Shown here piece after piece: positions 42,385 through 53,061 of a stretch of DNA of 61,319 nt (its first letter is position 1; each line of letters starts with the position of its first letter). Location of the stretch: assembly GCA_028286785.1 (NCBI GenBank), contig JAQBQX010000007.1:1-61319 (forward strand), written 5' to 3'. The stretch comes from Candidatus Adlerbacteria bacterium (GTDB taxonomy: Bacteria; Patescibacteriota; Minisyncoccia; Phycocordibacterales; SBAW01). The notes under the pieces are model-generated. The model saw nothing but the letters and a program-made list of their open reading frames with translations. It was not told where the DNA came from and did no database searches. Both the position numbers and the translations under genes were made by a program.

Positions 42385-43685
42385 TCTGATACTGATGTGT
42401 CGGTTGCGAGCGTAAGCAGTGCCGCTGCAGACCATGCTTGGGTGCGGCATGCCCCGACGTATTCCTTGAAGGTGCGATTTTTATATACAAACAATTCTAT
42501 CGGCGTAGCAAAATGCGCATAGGCTTGCAGCAGTGCGTGGGTGATGCGCGCAGCTTCGGCAGTGTATCCAAACATTGCAAGGCCGTGCGCGACCATGGCG
42601 CTGTCGTGCGGCCAGATAGTTCCGTTGTGATAGCTGTGCGGCGCAAATTTGCGCGAGCGACTTGAGAGCGTGCGGATACCTGCGGCTGGCACGAACAAGT
42701 CGGGCTGCATCAACCGCGATGCAATGTCCGGAATAAATTCGCTGTTGAGTATTGCCTCGGGCTCGCGACCATCTTCTTGCCATACCGCAAAGAGCACATG
42801 ACCCATGCTCGAGCGTGCCGACGTCAGCGGGCGTCCGCGCCCATCGATGGCAAAGGCAAGAGTTGCACGGCCCCCGCGGCGCAATACAAACGCCGCATTG
42901 AATTTTTCTTTCAGAGTCTCTGCCTGGGCGCGCAAGCTGTAGGAAAGGGCGGTGTCGGAGTTTGCAAAAAAGTTTGACCATGCGCGCATAGCGACCCATG
43001 CGTATGCTTGGGCCTCCACGGGTGCCAGGGGATAGTGCGGCTTGACGGGGCTTGATTCAAAAAATACAGACTCAATGCTATCCATCCAGCTTTGAGTCTT
43101 GAGCCCGCCTGATGTGCGGTCGGGGTGCCAGGTGTAGGTGATAAAATCTTGGCCGCGTGCGCTGTGGGCTTGTACCCACGCAAGCGCTGCACGGATGTTT
43201 GGCATATGTGCGGCAATAAACTCGGCGTCACCGCTGGCGCGCAGGTACGCATGCATCGCCATGAGGTATAGCGGTGTCGAGTCGACCGAGTCGTAGTTGC
43301 GCATTACGTTGTCTGGATACACATACCACGGATTGGTGGCAGACTGGGTCAGCCTTTCGTGGTTGGTGGGGCGCAGCTCGTGGATCATCTTGCCGGGCTC
43401 TTCGCCACTTTCGATGTTTACTGCTGTTCCTTGCAGGTTGCTGAGGTTAAGAAGGATCTTGCGCGCAAGAGTTATAAAGTATGGGTTGCCCTGAGTCTCA
43501 TGTGCGCGCAGCAAAGAGAGCGCGGTTATGAGCGAGTCGCGGCCAAAGATGCAGCCGTAGACTTCGTCGCGGCCGGACGCCAAAATACCCTCGGGCACCT
43601 CCAGCGATTCGATGCTGCGTAACCCGAGCTTCCATAATTCCTGCCTGACATCTGGAGACATACGTATCAAGACGTCATTGTACAA
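42381..43685 (-). CDS. amylo-alpha-1,6-glucosidase / glycogen-debranching-enzyme-like (GDE_C) protein
   Basis: GCIFGRDSLITALSLL, YHNGTIWPHDSAMVAHGL and a six-hairpin glycosidase-like layout. Confidence 0.7.
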   Translation of the reverse strand: MYNDVLIRMSPDVRQELWKLGLRSIESLEVPEGILASGRDEVYGCIFGRDSLITALSLLRAHETQGNPYFITLARKILLNLSNLQGTAVNIESGEEPGKMIHELRPTNHERLTQSATNPWYVYPDNVMRNYDSVDSTPLYLMAMHAYLRASGDAEFIAAHMPNIRAALAWVQAHSARGQDFITYTWHPDRTSGGLKTQSWMDSIESVFFESSPVKPHYPLAPVEAQAYAWVAMRAWSNFFANSDTALSYSLRAQAETLKEKFNAAFVLRRGGRATLAFAIDGRGRPLTSARSSMGHVLFAVWQEDGREPEAILNSEFIPDIASRLMQPDLFVPAAGIRTLSSRSRKFAPHSYHNGTIWPHDSAMVAHGLAMFGYTAEAARITHALLQAYAHFATPIELFVYKNRTFKEYVGACRTQAWSAAALLTLATDTSVSD

Positions 43686-43691
43686 TAATGC

Positions 43692-44717
43692 TTACGAGTT
43701 TAAAAGTTTTTTGTATATTTCTTCATATCCGTCGGTCATTTTCTTTGCAGAAAAGTTTTCCAGAACATGAGCTCTACATGCTGCGCGGTCGATTTGGGCA
43801 ATTGCGTTGACTGCGTCGATCATTGCCTCAACATCATCAACCACAAAGCCGGTGATACCTGTCTTGATGATTTCGGGGATTGAGCCGCGGTCAAACGCAA
43901 CCACTGGGCAGCCGCACGCGCCTGCCTCGATGAGCGTGAGGCCGAACGGCTCGCGAAATGTCACCGGATGCAAAAAGCATTTCGCCTTGCTCATCAGTTG
44001 ATTTCGCTCGGCTTCATCCACCTCGCCGATCCAGCGGATACGGTCCGAGAGCCGCGGCTCGATGTACGTTTTGAAGTAGTTTTGGTCTTGGGGATCGACC
44101 TTGGCCGCGATGATGAGCTTCATGTCGAGCTGCTCGGCGACCTCGATCGCGAAGTGCACGCCTTTCTCCATCGAGATGCGGCCGACATACAGCATGTAGT
44201 CGTCGTGCGTATCGCTAAAAGGGTAGTGCTCCATCGAAAGGCCGTTGTAGACGGTGCCTGCGTGGTTGATGTCGGGGGCGGCATACACCTGCGACTGGGA
44301 AATAGTGACAATGCTTGGGCCTCGCAGGGTCTGGAAGAGCTTGCGGTTGGTGCGATTGAATGCGCCATGCATGGTTGCCACGACCGGCGTGGTCGCGATG
44401 TTGGCTGCAGGCAGAGACATCGGCGCTGTGTGGTCGTGGATAATATCGAACTCATCCTGCAGCTCGTACGCTAGGCCAATATTAAGGAGCGTCCATGTGT
44501 TGGTGCCGTAGAGGTCGGGCATACGCGCTTCGCGCAGGCTGCGCGGATATACCGACTCGATCTTGGCCGAGCTGACCGAGTCGCCCGAGGCAAACAGCGT
44601 AACATCGTGGCCGCGCTTTACCAGCTCTTCTGTCAGAGCATGTATAACACGCTCCGTCCCGCCGTATTTTTTAGGCGGAACGCTTTCAACTATCGGTGCA
44701 ATTTGTGCAATTTTCAT
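43692..44717 (-). CDS. GT-B glycosyltransferase (family 4-like)
   Basis: MKIAQIAP...KYGGTERVIHALTEELVKRGHDVTLFA and C-terminal EPFGLTLIEAGACGCPVVA. Confidence 0.8.
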   Translation of the reverse strand: MKIAQIAPIVESVPPKKYGGTERVIHALTEELVKRGHDVTLFASGDSVSSAKIESVYPRSLREARMPDLYGTNTWTLLNIGLAYELQDEFDIIHDHTAPMSLPAANIATTPVVATMHGAFNRTNRKLFQTLRGPSIVTISQSQVYAAPDINHAGTVYNGLSMEHYPFSDTHDDYMLYVGRISMEKGVHFAIEVAEQLDMKLIIAAKVDPQDQNYFKTYIEPRLSDRIRWIGEVDEAERNQLMSKAKCFLHPVTFREPFGLTLIEAGACGCPVVAFDRGSIPEIIKTGITGFVVDDVEAMIDAVNAIAQIDRAACRAHVLENFSAKKMTDGYEEIYKKLLNS

Positions 44718-44774
44718 GAGGCCTCATCATGCCTCGAAGTGACTGAACAGTTTATGAAGAGCCAAGATTGAGAG

Positions 44775-45392
44775 CTAAGAATGAGTGAGGGCAATACATA
44801 CAACATCTTTGGCACCGGCCACCGTAAGCGCACGCTTGGCCTCGGTAAATGTGGCACCTGTGGTAGTCACGTCGTCTATGACAATGCATGAGCGGCCGCG
44901 CACGAGGGCGTATTGAGGCACGGTCATCGTGTTTGCCATGTTGTGCAACCGTTCGTGACGCGGTAGTTTTTGCTGTCGCGGCGTATTGCGCGCCCGGACC
45001 AGGGCATGGGGAGCATATTCGACATACTGACCCGCATGCTCAAGTGCTGCTTTGCAGAGCACTTCGGTCTGGTTGTGCCCGCGCTCGCGTCTGCGCACGC
45101 TGTGCATTGGAATCGGGATAAGGATTGTTTTTCCGAGAGACTCGCTTGCGGCCGCCATGATGTTTTCTGCAAGGAGGTGACCTGCGAGCGCAGCTGCATG
45201 CGGATTGTTGTAATATTTTATTTCCCACACGAGCGCGGTCACCCGCGGGTCGTGATAGGGAAGTATCCCGCTATGGTCCACCAGTGTGTAGAGCTCATCG
45301 AGAGTGAGAGCCCTTATAACGTCCTCGCTTGCACGCGCAGGCGCCACAAGGCGCAAGAGAAGGGTAAAAAACTCATAAAACTGTTGCCGCAT
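44775..45392 (-). CDS. comF: ComF family phosphoribosyltransferase-like protein
   Basis: C-terminal PRPP motif CIVIDDVTTTGATFTEA. Start at MRQQFYEFF (45392). Confidence 0.7.
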   Translation of the reverse strand: MRQQFYEFFTLLLRLVAPARASEDVIRALTLDELYTLVDHSGILPYHDPRVTALVWEIKYYNNPHAAALAGHLLAENIMAAASESLGKTILIPIPMHSVRRRERGHNQTEVLCKAALEHAGQYVEYAPHALVRARNTPRQQKLPRHERLHNMANTMTVPQYALVRGRSCIVIDDVTTTGATFTEAKRALTVAGAKDVVCIALTHS

Positions 45393-45411
45393 AAGTGGTA
45401 TACTAATTGTA

Positions 45412-46491
45412 ATGGAGTTTTCTTTCTCATCGCTATTCAAACCTACACAAAGTAGCGTGCTTGGCATTGATATCGGCACGTCGTCTATCAAAGTGGTGCA
45501 ATTGCGCCGCGACAAGGGCCGCGTCATATTGGAAACCTACGGCGCTATAGCGCTGGGGCCATACGCAGGTGTCGAGGTTGGGCGCGCCACAGCACTTGAT
45601 GCGGGCAAGATTACCGACGCGCTCAAGGACGTTATCCGCGAAGCGCGTGTCACCACGACAGAGGCTGCGATATCTATCCCATACTCATCGAGCTTGATTT
45701 CGATGATCAAGCTGCCGGTCGCTGTGGAAAAACAGCTGGCCCAGGTGGTGCCCTTGGAAGCCCGCAAATATATCCCGGTTGCTATCGCCGAAGTGCAGCT
45801 CGACTGGTTTGTGGTCTCTGGCGGGAGCAAGACACCTAGTCCCGACGGCAAACTCGAGGTGTTGATGGTCGCAATCCACAACGACACAATCGCCAAGTTC
45901 AAGTCCATAGGCACGGGTGCAGCAGTGAACGTATCATTTTTTGAAATAGAAGTGTTCAGCGCTGTGCGTGCCTCATTGGAGCATGGCATTGCCCCGGTCG
46001 CTGTTGTGGATATCGGCGCAGCCACGACCAAGTTCTATGTCGTCGAGCGCGGGCTCATCAAAGAAAGCCACATCATCAACCATGGGGCACAGGATCTGAC
46101 ATTGGCCGCATCGCGCTCGCTTAACATCACCATCGCCAAGGCCGAGGAGATGAAGCGCAAGTTCGGGCTCTTGGGCACAGACAACCCAATGCTGCAGCAG
46201 TCGTTCGAGTTATCGCTGACACCGCTGTTTTCTGAGTTGGCCCGCACCGTTGCCGCATACGAAGCGCGCATGAACCAATCATTGGACACCATTGTGCTCA
46301 CTGGCGGCGGCACAACGCTCAAGGGACTCAAGGAATTTGCGCAAAGCAAGCTCCAGAACGAAATCAGGTTGTCTGACCCGTTCGGTAAAACGCAAGCACC
46401 AGCTTTTCTGGAAGGAATCTTGAAAGAAGTAGGTCCGGAATTTTCTGTAGCAGTCGGGCTAGGATTGCGTCGTTTGCAAGAACTCGGTTAG
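45412..46491 (+). CDS. pilM: type IV pilus assembly protein PilM
   Basis: Actin-like ATPase fold signature LGIDIGTSSIKVVQL...VDIGAATT...LTGGG. First gene of the pil cluster. Confidence 0.85.
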   Translation: MEFSFSSLFKPTQSSVLGIDIGTSSIKVVQLRRDKGRVILETYGAIALGPYAGVEVGRATALDAGKITDALKDVIREARVTTTEAAISIPYSSSLISMIKLPVAVEKQLAQVVPLEARKYIPVAIAEVQLDWFVVSGGSKTPSPDGKLEVLMVAIHNDTIAKFKSIGTGAAVNVSFFEIEVFSAVRASLEHGIAPVAVVDIGAATTKFYVVERGLIKESHIINHGAQDLTLAASRSLNITIAKAEEMKRKFGLLGTDNPMLQQSFELSLTPLFSELARTVAAYEARMNQSLDTIVLTGGGTTLKGLKEFAQSKLQNEIRLSDPFGKTQAPAFLEGILKEVGPEFSVAVGLGLRRLQELG

Positions 46492-46554
46492 TCCGCGCAC
46501 CACAACTGTTGATATATAGGCTCTTGCATAAATCTCCACGGTATACTAAATACA

Positions 46555-47238
46555 ATGCCTCCTCAGCAACAGCCCTCATCTTTCATACCTAAGACTTCTC
46601 TCAACGGAGCAAACGCTCCTGCTGTCGGTAGTTTTAGCATCCTTATGTTTATCGGAGTTCTCTTTTTTGTTGCATCTTTGATATGCGCAATCGGAGTTTT
46701 TGGATACGAACACTACCTTAAAAGCTCTATTGCGAGCAAAGCGGCAACTCTCCAACAAGACCAAGAGGCTTTTGGTAAAAATGCTATATCAGACCTGGTG
46801 CGCCTGGACACGCGTATCAATCAGGCTAAGTCGCTGCTCAATAAGCACATTGCGTCCTCGGCGATATTTAACTTTTTGCAGGAGCACACGCTTGCGACCG
46901 TGCAGTTTACTACGCTTGAGTACAAGCTCAACAACGACGGTACCGCATCTATCTCGCTGGACGGCGTCGGGGCAACATTCTCGTCGGTCGCGCTTCAAAG
47001 CGACCAGTTCGGCGCAACAAAAGCCTTTAAAGACATTATCTTTTCCAAAATCAACCCAGATACGACCGGCAGAATACTCTTTAATGTCAAAGCAATCATC
47101 CTACCTGACATGATTACCTATGCTAAAAACCTGGAGATTGCCCCTAGTGCCGCACAGACTGATGCGTCTGTCCAAACACAAACAACCACCCAAAGCACTA
47201 CAGCAACGACCACGCTCCCTGCCGGAACCACACAATAA
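46555..47238 (+). CDS. PilN-like pilus assembly protein
   Basis: Single N-terminal TM helix. Positioned after pilM. Confidence 0.5.
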   Translation: MPPQQQPSSFIPKTSLNGANAPAVGSFSILMFIGVLFFVASLICAIGVFGYEHYLKSSIASKAATLQQDQEAFGKNAISDLVRLDTRINQAKSLLNKHIASSAIFNFLQEHTLATVQFTTLEYKLNNDGTASISLDGVGATFSSVALQSDQFGATKAFKDIIFSKINPDTTGRILFNVKAIILPDMITYAKNLEIAPSAAQTDASVQTQTTTQSTTATTTLPAGTTQ

Positions 47239-47241
47239 TAT

Positions 47242-47799
47242 ATGTCACGACTATTTGTACCACTCATCCTTGTCATAGCCTCCATAGGTCTTTTTGTGAT
47301 GTGGACCAATCCGCAATATCAACAAGCGAAAGTGCTCTCTGCGCAAGCGGCGCAGTATGACGACGCGCTCACAAAAGCAAAGGAACTGCGCAGCCTGCGC
47401 GAGGATTTGATGAAAAAGCGCAACACCTTCTTGCCGGACGATTTGGCTAAGCTCCAGAAGGTGCTCCCTGACAACGTCGACAACATCCGTCTTATTATCG
47501 ACATCAACAACATCGCAAGGCGCCATAGCTTGTCGATTTCTGAAGTGAGAACAGGAGATGCTGCCAGCACGAATGCGCAATCACAGAGTGCTACTGCGGT
47601 AGGGGGTGCAGGACAAGCGCTCGGTTCTGTCGAGCTCGGGGTGACTATCAATGCCAGCTACGAAAACTTCGTACCGTTTTTGATTGACCTCGAGCACAGC
47701 CAGCGAATACTCGATGTGAAGAGTATTACGTATAAGACAGCGCCAGGCAGCTCGATTTCCTCTGTTGAGATCACATTCCGTACCTATTGGCTACACTAA
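47242..47799 (+). CDS. PilO-like pilus assembly protein
   Basis: N-terminal TM helix plus coiled coil. Position only. Confidence 0.5.
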   Translation: MSRLFVPLILVIASIGLFVMWTNPQYQQAKVLSAQAAQYDDALTKAKELRSLREDLMKKRNTFLPDDLAKLQKVLPDNVDNIRLIIDINNIARRHSLSISEVRTGDAASTNAQSQSATAVGGAGQALGSVELGVTINASYENFVPFLIDLEHSQRILDVKSITYKTAPGSSISSVEITFRTYWLH

Positions 47800-47805
47800 A
47801 CTATT

Positions 47806-48153
47806 ATGAGCTTCTTTTCCCAAAACAAATTTCTTTCGATCGGTGTCGCGGCGGTGATATGCGCGATACTGTATTTCATGTTTAATTCCTCGAGCGCCCC
47901 TAGCCAGCCTCTGACTACCTCGACCGCTAACCCAGCACTTACCCAACAGTTGCTGGCAGCTCTAGCGTCTTTGCACACTATTCAGCTTGATGACACGGTG
48001 TTTACTAACCCAGTATTTGTTTCTTTGACTGACTTCGGAGTGACTATCCCGCCGGAAAACGTTGGTCGACGCAATCCATTTCAGCCACTCAGCGGCGGTG
48101 TAGTGTCTAGCGGCGGGACCTCTGGGGTCAATCTCCAAGGGCTTTCTCGATAA
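47806..48153 (+). CDS. hypothetical membrane-anchored pilus-cluster protein
   Basis: TM anchor LSIGVAAVICAILYFMF. Position between pilO-like and pilB. Confidence 0.45.
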   Translation: MSFFSQNKFLSIGVAAVICAILYFMFNSSSAPSQPLTTSTANPALTQQLLAALASLHTIQLDDTVFTNPVFVSLTDFGVTIPPENVGRRNPFQPLSGGVVSSGGTSGVNLQGLSR

Positions 48154-48166
48154 TCTCACATATCAT

Positions 48167-50038
48167 ATGGATCTCTTGCAACTCCTGCTTGCTGCCGGTG
48201 TTATAGACAAGCAAAAAGTTGCGGCTCTTACCCCAGAAATGAGCAAACCCGGAGTTAATCCGGAGGCGGTGCTTGTGACTGCAGGTGTTTCGCTCGAAGC
48301 GATACTCAAGGCAAAGGGCGATTATTATGGCGTGCCGACCCGATTGTTGGACAACAAGCCGGTGCCGTTTGATACGCTGACCCTTATTCCTGAAGAATCT
48401 GCGCGCCACTACAACTTGGCGCCCATCGGCATTGTCGATAGCGTCTTGGAAATCGGCGTTACCGAGCCAGACAACCTCGAGGCACGAGACGCGCTGACAT
48501 TTATATCTGCAAAACTTGGATATCCATACAAGGTATTTTTGATAACACAGACCGATTTTGAGAAGATCCTGCAGGAATACCGCGGACTCTCTGGCGAAGT
48601 GGGGAAGGCTCTGACCGAATTTGAGTCGGAAGTAAACGCAGAGACCGAAAAAATAGACAAAAACGCGCCCAAGCGCGTGATGCTCGAAGAGGACACTGTC
48701 ACAGAAACGGAAAGCGATGCGATCAACGCCGACGCGCCAGTGACCAAGATCGTGGCAACCGTACTGCGCCACGCTTCCGAGCAGCGCGCATCCGACATTC
48801 ACATAGAGCCTCTTGCAACGCAGACGCGCGTGCGTTTTCGCATCGACGGCATCCTTTCGACTAACATCACGCTGCCGAGCAAGGTGCATTCGGCAGTGGT
48901 TGCGCGCATCAAAGTGCTTTCAAACATGAAGCTCGACGAAAAGCGCAAACCGCAAGACGGGCGCTTTTCAGCGCGTATTGCAGGAAGTAAAGTCGACTTC
49001 CGCGTCTCGACATTCCCGACCTATTACGGAGAGAAGGTGGTTATGCGTATTTTGGGCGCCTCTGCCCAAGAACTCCGCCTTGAAGACCTAGGGCTTTCGG
49101 TGCGTAACTTGGGGCTTATTCGTGCGGCGATCAAAAAGCCATACGGCATGGTGCTCATTTCTGGTCCTACCGGTTCCGGTAAATCAACCACGCTCTACGC
49201 TATCCTCAACGAAGTCGACCGCGAAAAGCAAAACGTATTGTCGCTGGAAGACCCGGTGGAATACACGATCCCTGGCGTGTCTCAGTCGCAGATCAGGCCC
49301 GAGATCGGCTACACCTTCGCAAACGGACTGCGCACAACGCTCCGCCAAGACCCGAACGTGATCATGGTGGGAGAAATCCGCGACGCCGAAACTGCCGACC
49401 TGGCTATCCAGGCGGCGCTTACCGGCCACTTGGTGCTCTCGACCATCCACACCAACAACTCAATCGGCATTGTTGCGCGTTTGCTCGACATGAAAGTAGA
49501 ACCGTACCTCATTCCGCCTGTGCTCATTTTGGGCATGGCGCAGCGCTTGTCTAAAAAACTGTGCGACACTGGTGGCCAAAAAGTACCCATCGAAGGCTCG
49601 GTAGCCGAAATGATGAAAAAAGAATTTGCCGACTTGTCTCCCGAATACTTGGCAGAGCTGCCTCCGCTAACAGAGGTGTACCGTATCAAGCCGACACCCG
49701 AGTGTCCAAGCGGTACCAAGGGCCGTATGCAAGTGTCAGAAGTATATGAAATGTCTATCGATTTGGAAAAAGCTATTCTCGCGCGTGCATCAGAAGACGA
49801 GATGCTTAAAATTGTGCGTAAACAAGGTATGCTCACGATGAAAGAGGATGCTATTATAAAAGCAGCAAAGGGACTCATTCCTTTTGAAGAGGTTAACGCG
49901 CTCGGTGGTGAGTTTGAATTGCCCGACCTTCCAGATGCTGTGCCTGTAGCACCAGCAGCTCCGCAAATGATCACGGAAGAGACCGCAGAATCAGATGCAG
50001 CGACCGAACTTGCGCCGATTAAAGCACCAGGACTATGA
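48167..50038 (+). CDS. pilB: type IV pilus assembly ATPase PilB (GspE family)
   Basis: ASDIHIEP, Walker A SGPTGSGKSTT, Asp/His boxes (LRQDPNVIMVGEIRD, TGHLVLSTIHTN), and a CPxG Zn-site remnant. Confidence 0.92.
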   Translation: MDLLQLLLAAGVIDKQKVAALTPEMSKPGVNPEAVLVTAGVSLEAILKAKGDYYGVPTRLLDNKPVPFDTLTLIPEESARHYNLAPIGIVDSVLEIGVTEPDNLEARDALTFISAKLGYPYKVFLITQTDFEKILQEYRGLSGEVGKALTEFESEVNAETEKIDKNAPKRVMLEEDTVTETESDAINADAPVTKIVATVLRHASEQRASDIHIEPLATQTRVRFRIDGILSTNITLPSKVHSAVVARIKVLSNMKLDEKRKPQDGRFSARIAGSKVDFRVSTFPTYYGEKVVMRILGASAQELRLEDLGLSVRNLGLIRAAIKKPYGMVLISGPTGSGKSTTLYAILNEVDREKQNVLSLEDPVEYTIPGVSQSQIRPEIGYTFANGLRTTLRQDPNVIMVGEIRDAETADLAIQAALTGHLVLSTIHTNNSIGIVARLLDMKVEPYLIPPVLILGMAQRLSKKLCDTGGQKVPIEGSVAEMMKKEFADLSPEYLAELPPLTEVYRIKPTPECPSGTKGRMQVSEVYEMSIDLEKAILARASEDEMLKIVRKQGMLTMKEDAIIKAAKGLIPFEEVNALGGEFELPDLPDAVPVAPAAPQMITEETAESDAATELAPIKAPGL

Positions 50039-51096
50039 ACCCAGAACAACTTTTAGATAATTGCATAACCCAAGTTCTTTCACAGGGGGCAAGCGACCTG
50101 CACTTTTCTGTCGGAGTGCCGCCCATGGTGCGCGTTTCGAGTATGATGACGCCGCTGTTGACCATACAGCCTCTCACCAACGACGATATTAAAGGCGTGC
50201 TCACTATCATACTGACCCCTTCGCGCATGCAGAAGTTTCTCGATACGCAGGAGGTAGACTTTTCCTATGCGCATAAAGCCGCGGGCCGCTTCCGTGGCAA
50301 CGCATATGTGGAGCGCGGTCGCTTGGCAATAGCGCTGCGCCTCATCCCGCAAGTGATCCGCACTGTTGCCGAACTTAACTTGCCGCCAGCGCTCGAAGGC
50401 GTTGCACTGCGCAAGCAAGGCTTCTTTTTGGTAGTGGGACCAGTGGGGCAGGGTAAGACCACCACGCTTGCGGCGCTTATCGAAAAGATCAACATGGAGC
50501 GCACCGAACACATTGTGACCATCGAAGACCCGATCGAACACTTGTTTGAAAATAAAAAATCACTCATCAACCAGCGCGAGGTGCATATCGATACCGGCAC
50601 CTTCGAAGCGGCGCTCGAGTCTGTCTTCCGCGAAGACGTAGACGTGCTCATGATCGGTGAAATGCGCACCCCCGAGACTATTGCAACTGCAGTAACCGCG
50701 GCCGAAACGGGCCATATGGTGTATTCGACGCTCCATACCAACAACGCGTCACAGACTATCGACCGCATCATCGACTCGTTCCCCGGGAGCCAGCAAGACC
50801 AGATCCGCGTGCAGCTTGCCGGGTCGCTCGCGGGCATCTTTTCGCAGCGCCTCATCCCGCGTATTTCCGGCGGGCTTATCCCGGCCTATGAACTGTTGAT
50901 CAATAACAACGCTGTCTCTAACCTCATTCGCGAAAAACGCACCCATGAAATCGACTCGGTCATCGAGACCAGCTCGCAAGAGGGTATGATAGATATGAAC
51001 CGCTGCTTGGCTGATATGGTTCGCGCGGGCGAGATTACCGTTGAAAGCGCATACTCCCGATCGTGGAATCCTAAAACGCTTGAGCGTTTGTTGTAA
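50035..51096 (+). CDS. pilT: twitching motility ATPase PilT
   Basis: ASDLHFSVG, VGPVGQGKTTT, IVTIEDPIE, FREDVDVLMIGEMR, TGHMVYSTLHTN. Confidence 0.92.
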   Translation: MNPEQLLDNCITQVLSQGASDLHFSVGVPPMVRVSSMMTPLLTIQPLTNDDIKGVLTIILTPSRMQKFLDTQEVDFSYAHKAAGRFRGNAYVERGRLAIALRLIPQVIRTVAELNLPPALEGVALRKQGFFLVVGPVGQGKTTTLAALIEKINMERTEHIVTIEDPIEHLFENKKSLINQREVHIDTGTFEAALESVFREDVDVLMIGEMRTPETIATAVTAAETGHMVYSTLHTNNASQTIDRIIDSFPGSQQDQIRVQLAGSLAGIFSQRLIPRISGGLIPAYELLINNNAVSNLIREKRTHEIDSVIETSSQEGMIDMNRCLADMVRAGEITVESAYSRSWNPKTLERLL

Positions 51097-51102
51097 AAAA
51101 CT

Positions 51103-52320
51103 ATGGAATATAAATACGAAGCACTCGACCAAGAAGGCAAGCCTCAAGCAGGCGTGGTCAATGCTGCGTCTGAAAGTGCTGCGGTGACCGCGCTCCAGCA
51201 TAAGGGACTCACTATTACCGCGTTTTCTGCGAGCGGCGCTCCAACTGGCTTTGCTGCTTCTCTTCAAAACATCTCCCTGTTCTCTGGCATCAGTTCGCGC
51301 GACTTGGTTATCCTTTCGCGCCAGATGGCGACCCTCTTCGAAGCGCAGGTTTCGCCGTTGCGCGTATTTCGACTGCTGGGCGAGCAGGCAGAAAAGCCTT
51401 TCGTTCGCCAAGTGTTGACCACCATTAGCGACGACCTCCAGGGCGGCATGAGCATTTCGCAAGCTCTTTCGAAGCACCCGAGGGTATTTACTGACTTTTA
51501 CGTCAACATGGTTCGCGCCGGAGAAGAAACCGGCAAGCTCACCGAGACCTTTGCCTACCTGGCCGAGTATATCGACCGTTCATACGAAGTCGCAAGCAAG
51601 GTGCGCAACGCGCTTATCTACCCAGGCTTCATCGTCTTTACGTTCGTGACGGTTATGACACTGATGCTCACGATCGTGATTCCGAAAATCGGCAGCATTT
51701 TGGAAGACGCAGGAGGCGAGCTGCCTGTGTATACCAGGATCATTCTTGGTATGAGCTCATTTTTGGTCGATTACGGCATCTTTTTGCTTATCGGCCTTAT
51801 CGTAGGAGGCTTCTTTGTCATCCGCTATACCAAAACTCCTGCTGGACGCAAGGCAGTATCGAGTTTACAGCTCGAGCTACCTTTTATCGGAAATCTGTAC
51901 CAAAAACTATACCTCTCGCGTATTGCTGACAACATGCACGTGATGCTCGTTTCGGGTATTACTGCAGTGCGCGCACTTGAGATAACCGCTGCAGTGGTGG
52001 AAAACGATATATACGAAGCGCTCTTGACCGAGGCGGTCGCAGGCGTAAAGGCCGGTACTCCTTTGCATGAAATGCTCGCGCAGCATCCAAAAGAAATCCC
52101 TTCGATCATGGTGCAAATGCTCCAGATCGGTCACGAAACAGGCGAGACTGCAGCTATTTTGGATCGTTTGGCCAAGTTCTATAACCGCGAGGTCAATGCC
52201 TCGGTGGATACCTTGGTGTCGCTCATCGAACCAATCATGATCGTTATGTTGGCGCTCGGTGTCGGCTTCTTGTTGGCATCGGTCTTGCTGCCTATTTACA
52301 ACACCACCAGCAGCTTGTAA
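51103..52320 (+). CDS. pilC: type IV pilus platform protein PilC (GspF family)
   Basis: Duplicated GspF domains (FTDFYVNMVRAGEETG; PSIMVQMLQIGHETGE) with 3 TM segments. Confidence 0.9.
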   Translation: MEYKYEALDQEGKPQAGVVNAASESAAVTALQHKGLTITAFSASGAPTGFAASLQNISLFSGISSRDLVILSRQMATLFEAQVSPLRVFRLLGEQAEKPFVRQVLTTISDDLQGGMSISQALSKHPRVFTDFYVNMVRAGEETGKLTETFAYLAEYIDRSYEVASKVRNALIYPGFIVFTFVTVMTLMLTIVIPKIGSILEDAGGELPVYTRIILGMSSFLVDYGIFLLIGLIVGGFFVIRYTKTPAGRKAVSSLQLELPFIGNLYQKLYLSRIADNMHVMLVSGITAVRALEITAAVVENDIYEALLTEAVAGVKAGTPLHEMLAQHPKEIPSIMVQMLQIGHETGETAAILDRLAKFYNREVNASVDTLVSLIEPIMIVMLALGVGFLLASVLLPIYNTTSSL

Positions 52321-52442
52321 GCGCGCAGGCCCCAGAGCAGTTATCCACATACATAAAATAGGCCATAAAAAATGGCTTTGCAAAGTAGGCTATACTTAAA
52401 CCACTGCGGACTTACTAGCAGTTTAATAGAAAATTAGCATTT

Positions 52443-52973
52443 ATGTACAAACAGTTTGCAAAAACCCTCAAGGGTGCCAAAGCGGGCTTTACGCTCATCG
52501 AACTCTTGGTGGTTATCGCCATCATCGGTATTTTGGCCTCCATCGTTCTCGTTTCTCTTAACAGCGCACGTATGAAAGGCCGCGACGCCCGCCGCGTATC
52601 TGAACTTCAGGAAATGTTCAAGGCTGTTACCTTGGCTGACACTGATGCAGGTATCGACTTTATGCCATGTAACGGTGCACGCGTACCGGCGAACACTTGT
52701 AATGGTGCCGCTAATGGCGTCCCTGTCCTCACCAGCTTTCAGGACCCGGCAAAACCAGCATCAGCTTGCGGTGCCGGAGCCTTGTCATCGCCATGCGACT
52801 ACGCGGTATCTGCAGCAAGCGGTGGCACTGTTGCCTCAACTAAAGCGGGTAGTGGCGGCTGGATGATTAAGACCTACCTCGAGGCAGGCACAGGTAACTT
52901 CTCAGCGGGGGCTGCATGTATCGGCAGTGCCACCAACGGTACTATCCAGCAAGGAACGACATACTGCCCATAA
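52443..52973 (+). CDS. type IV pilin
   Basis: Prepilin leader plus GFTLIELLVVIAIIGILASIV class III signal. Confidence 0.88.
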   Translation: MYKQFAKTLKGAKAGFTLIELLVVIAIIGILASIVLVSLNSARMKGRDARRVSELQEMFKAVTLADTDAGIDFMPCNGARVPANTCNGAANGVPVLTSFQDPAKPASACGAGALSSPCDYAVSAASGGTVASTKAGSGGWMIKTYLEAGTGNFSAGAACIGSATNGTIQQGTTYCP

Positions 52974-53061
52974 TCTTTGCTATCTGCACCTCCTCAGGTG
53001 TGAATCAGAAATCCCCAGGCACGCTGCCTTGGGGATTTTTGTTATGGTGTATACTTACCCT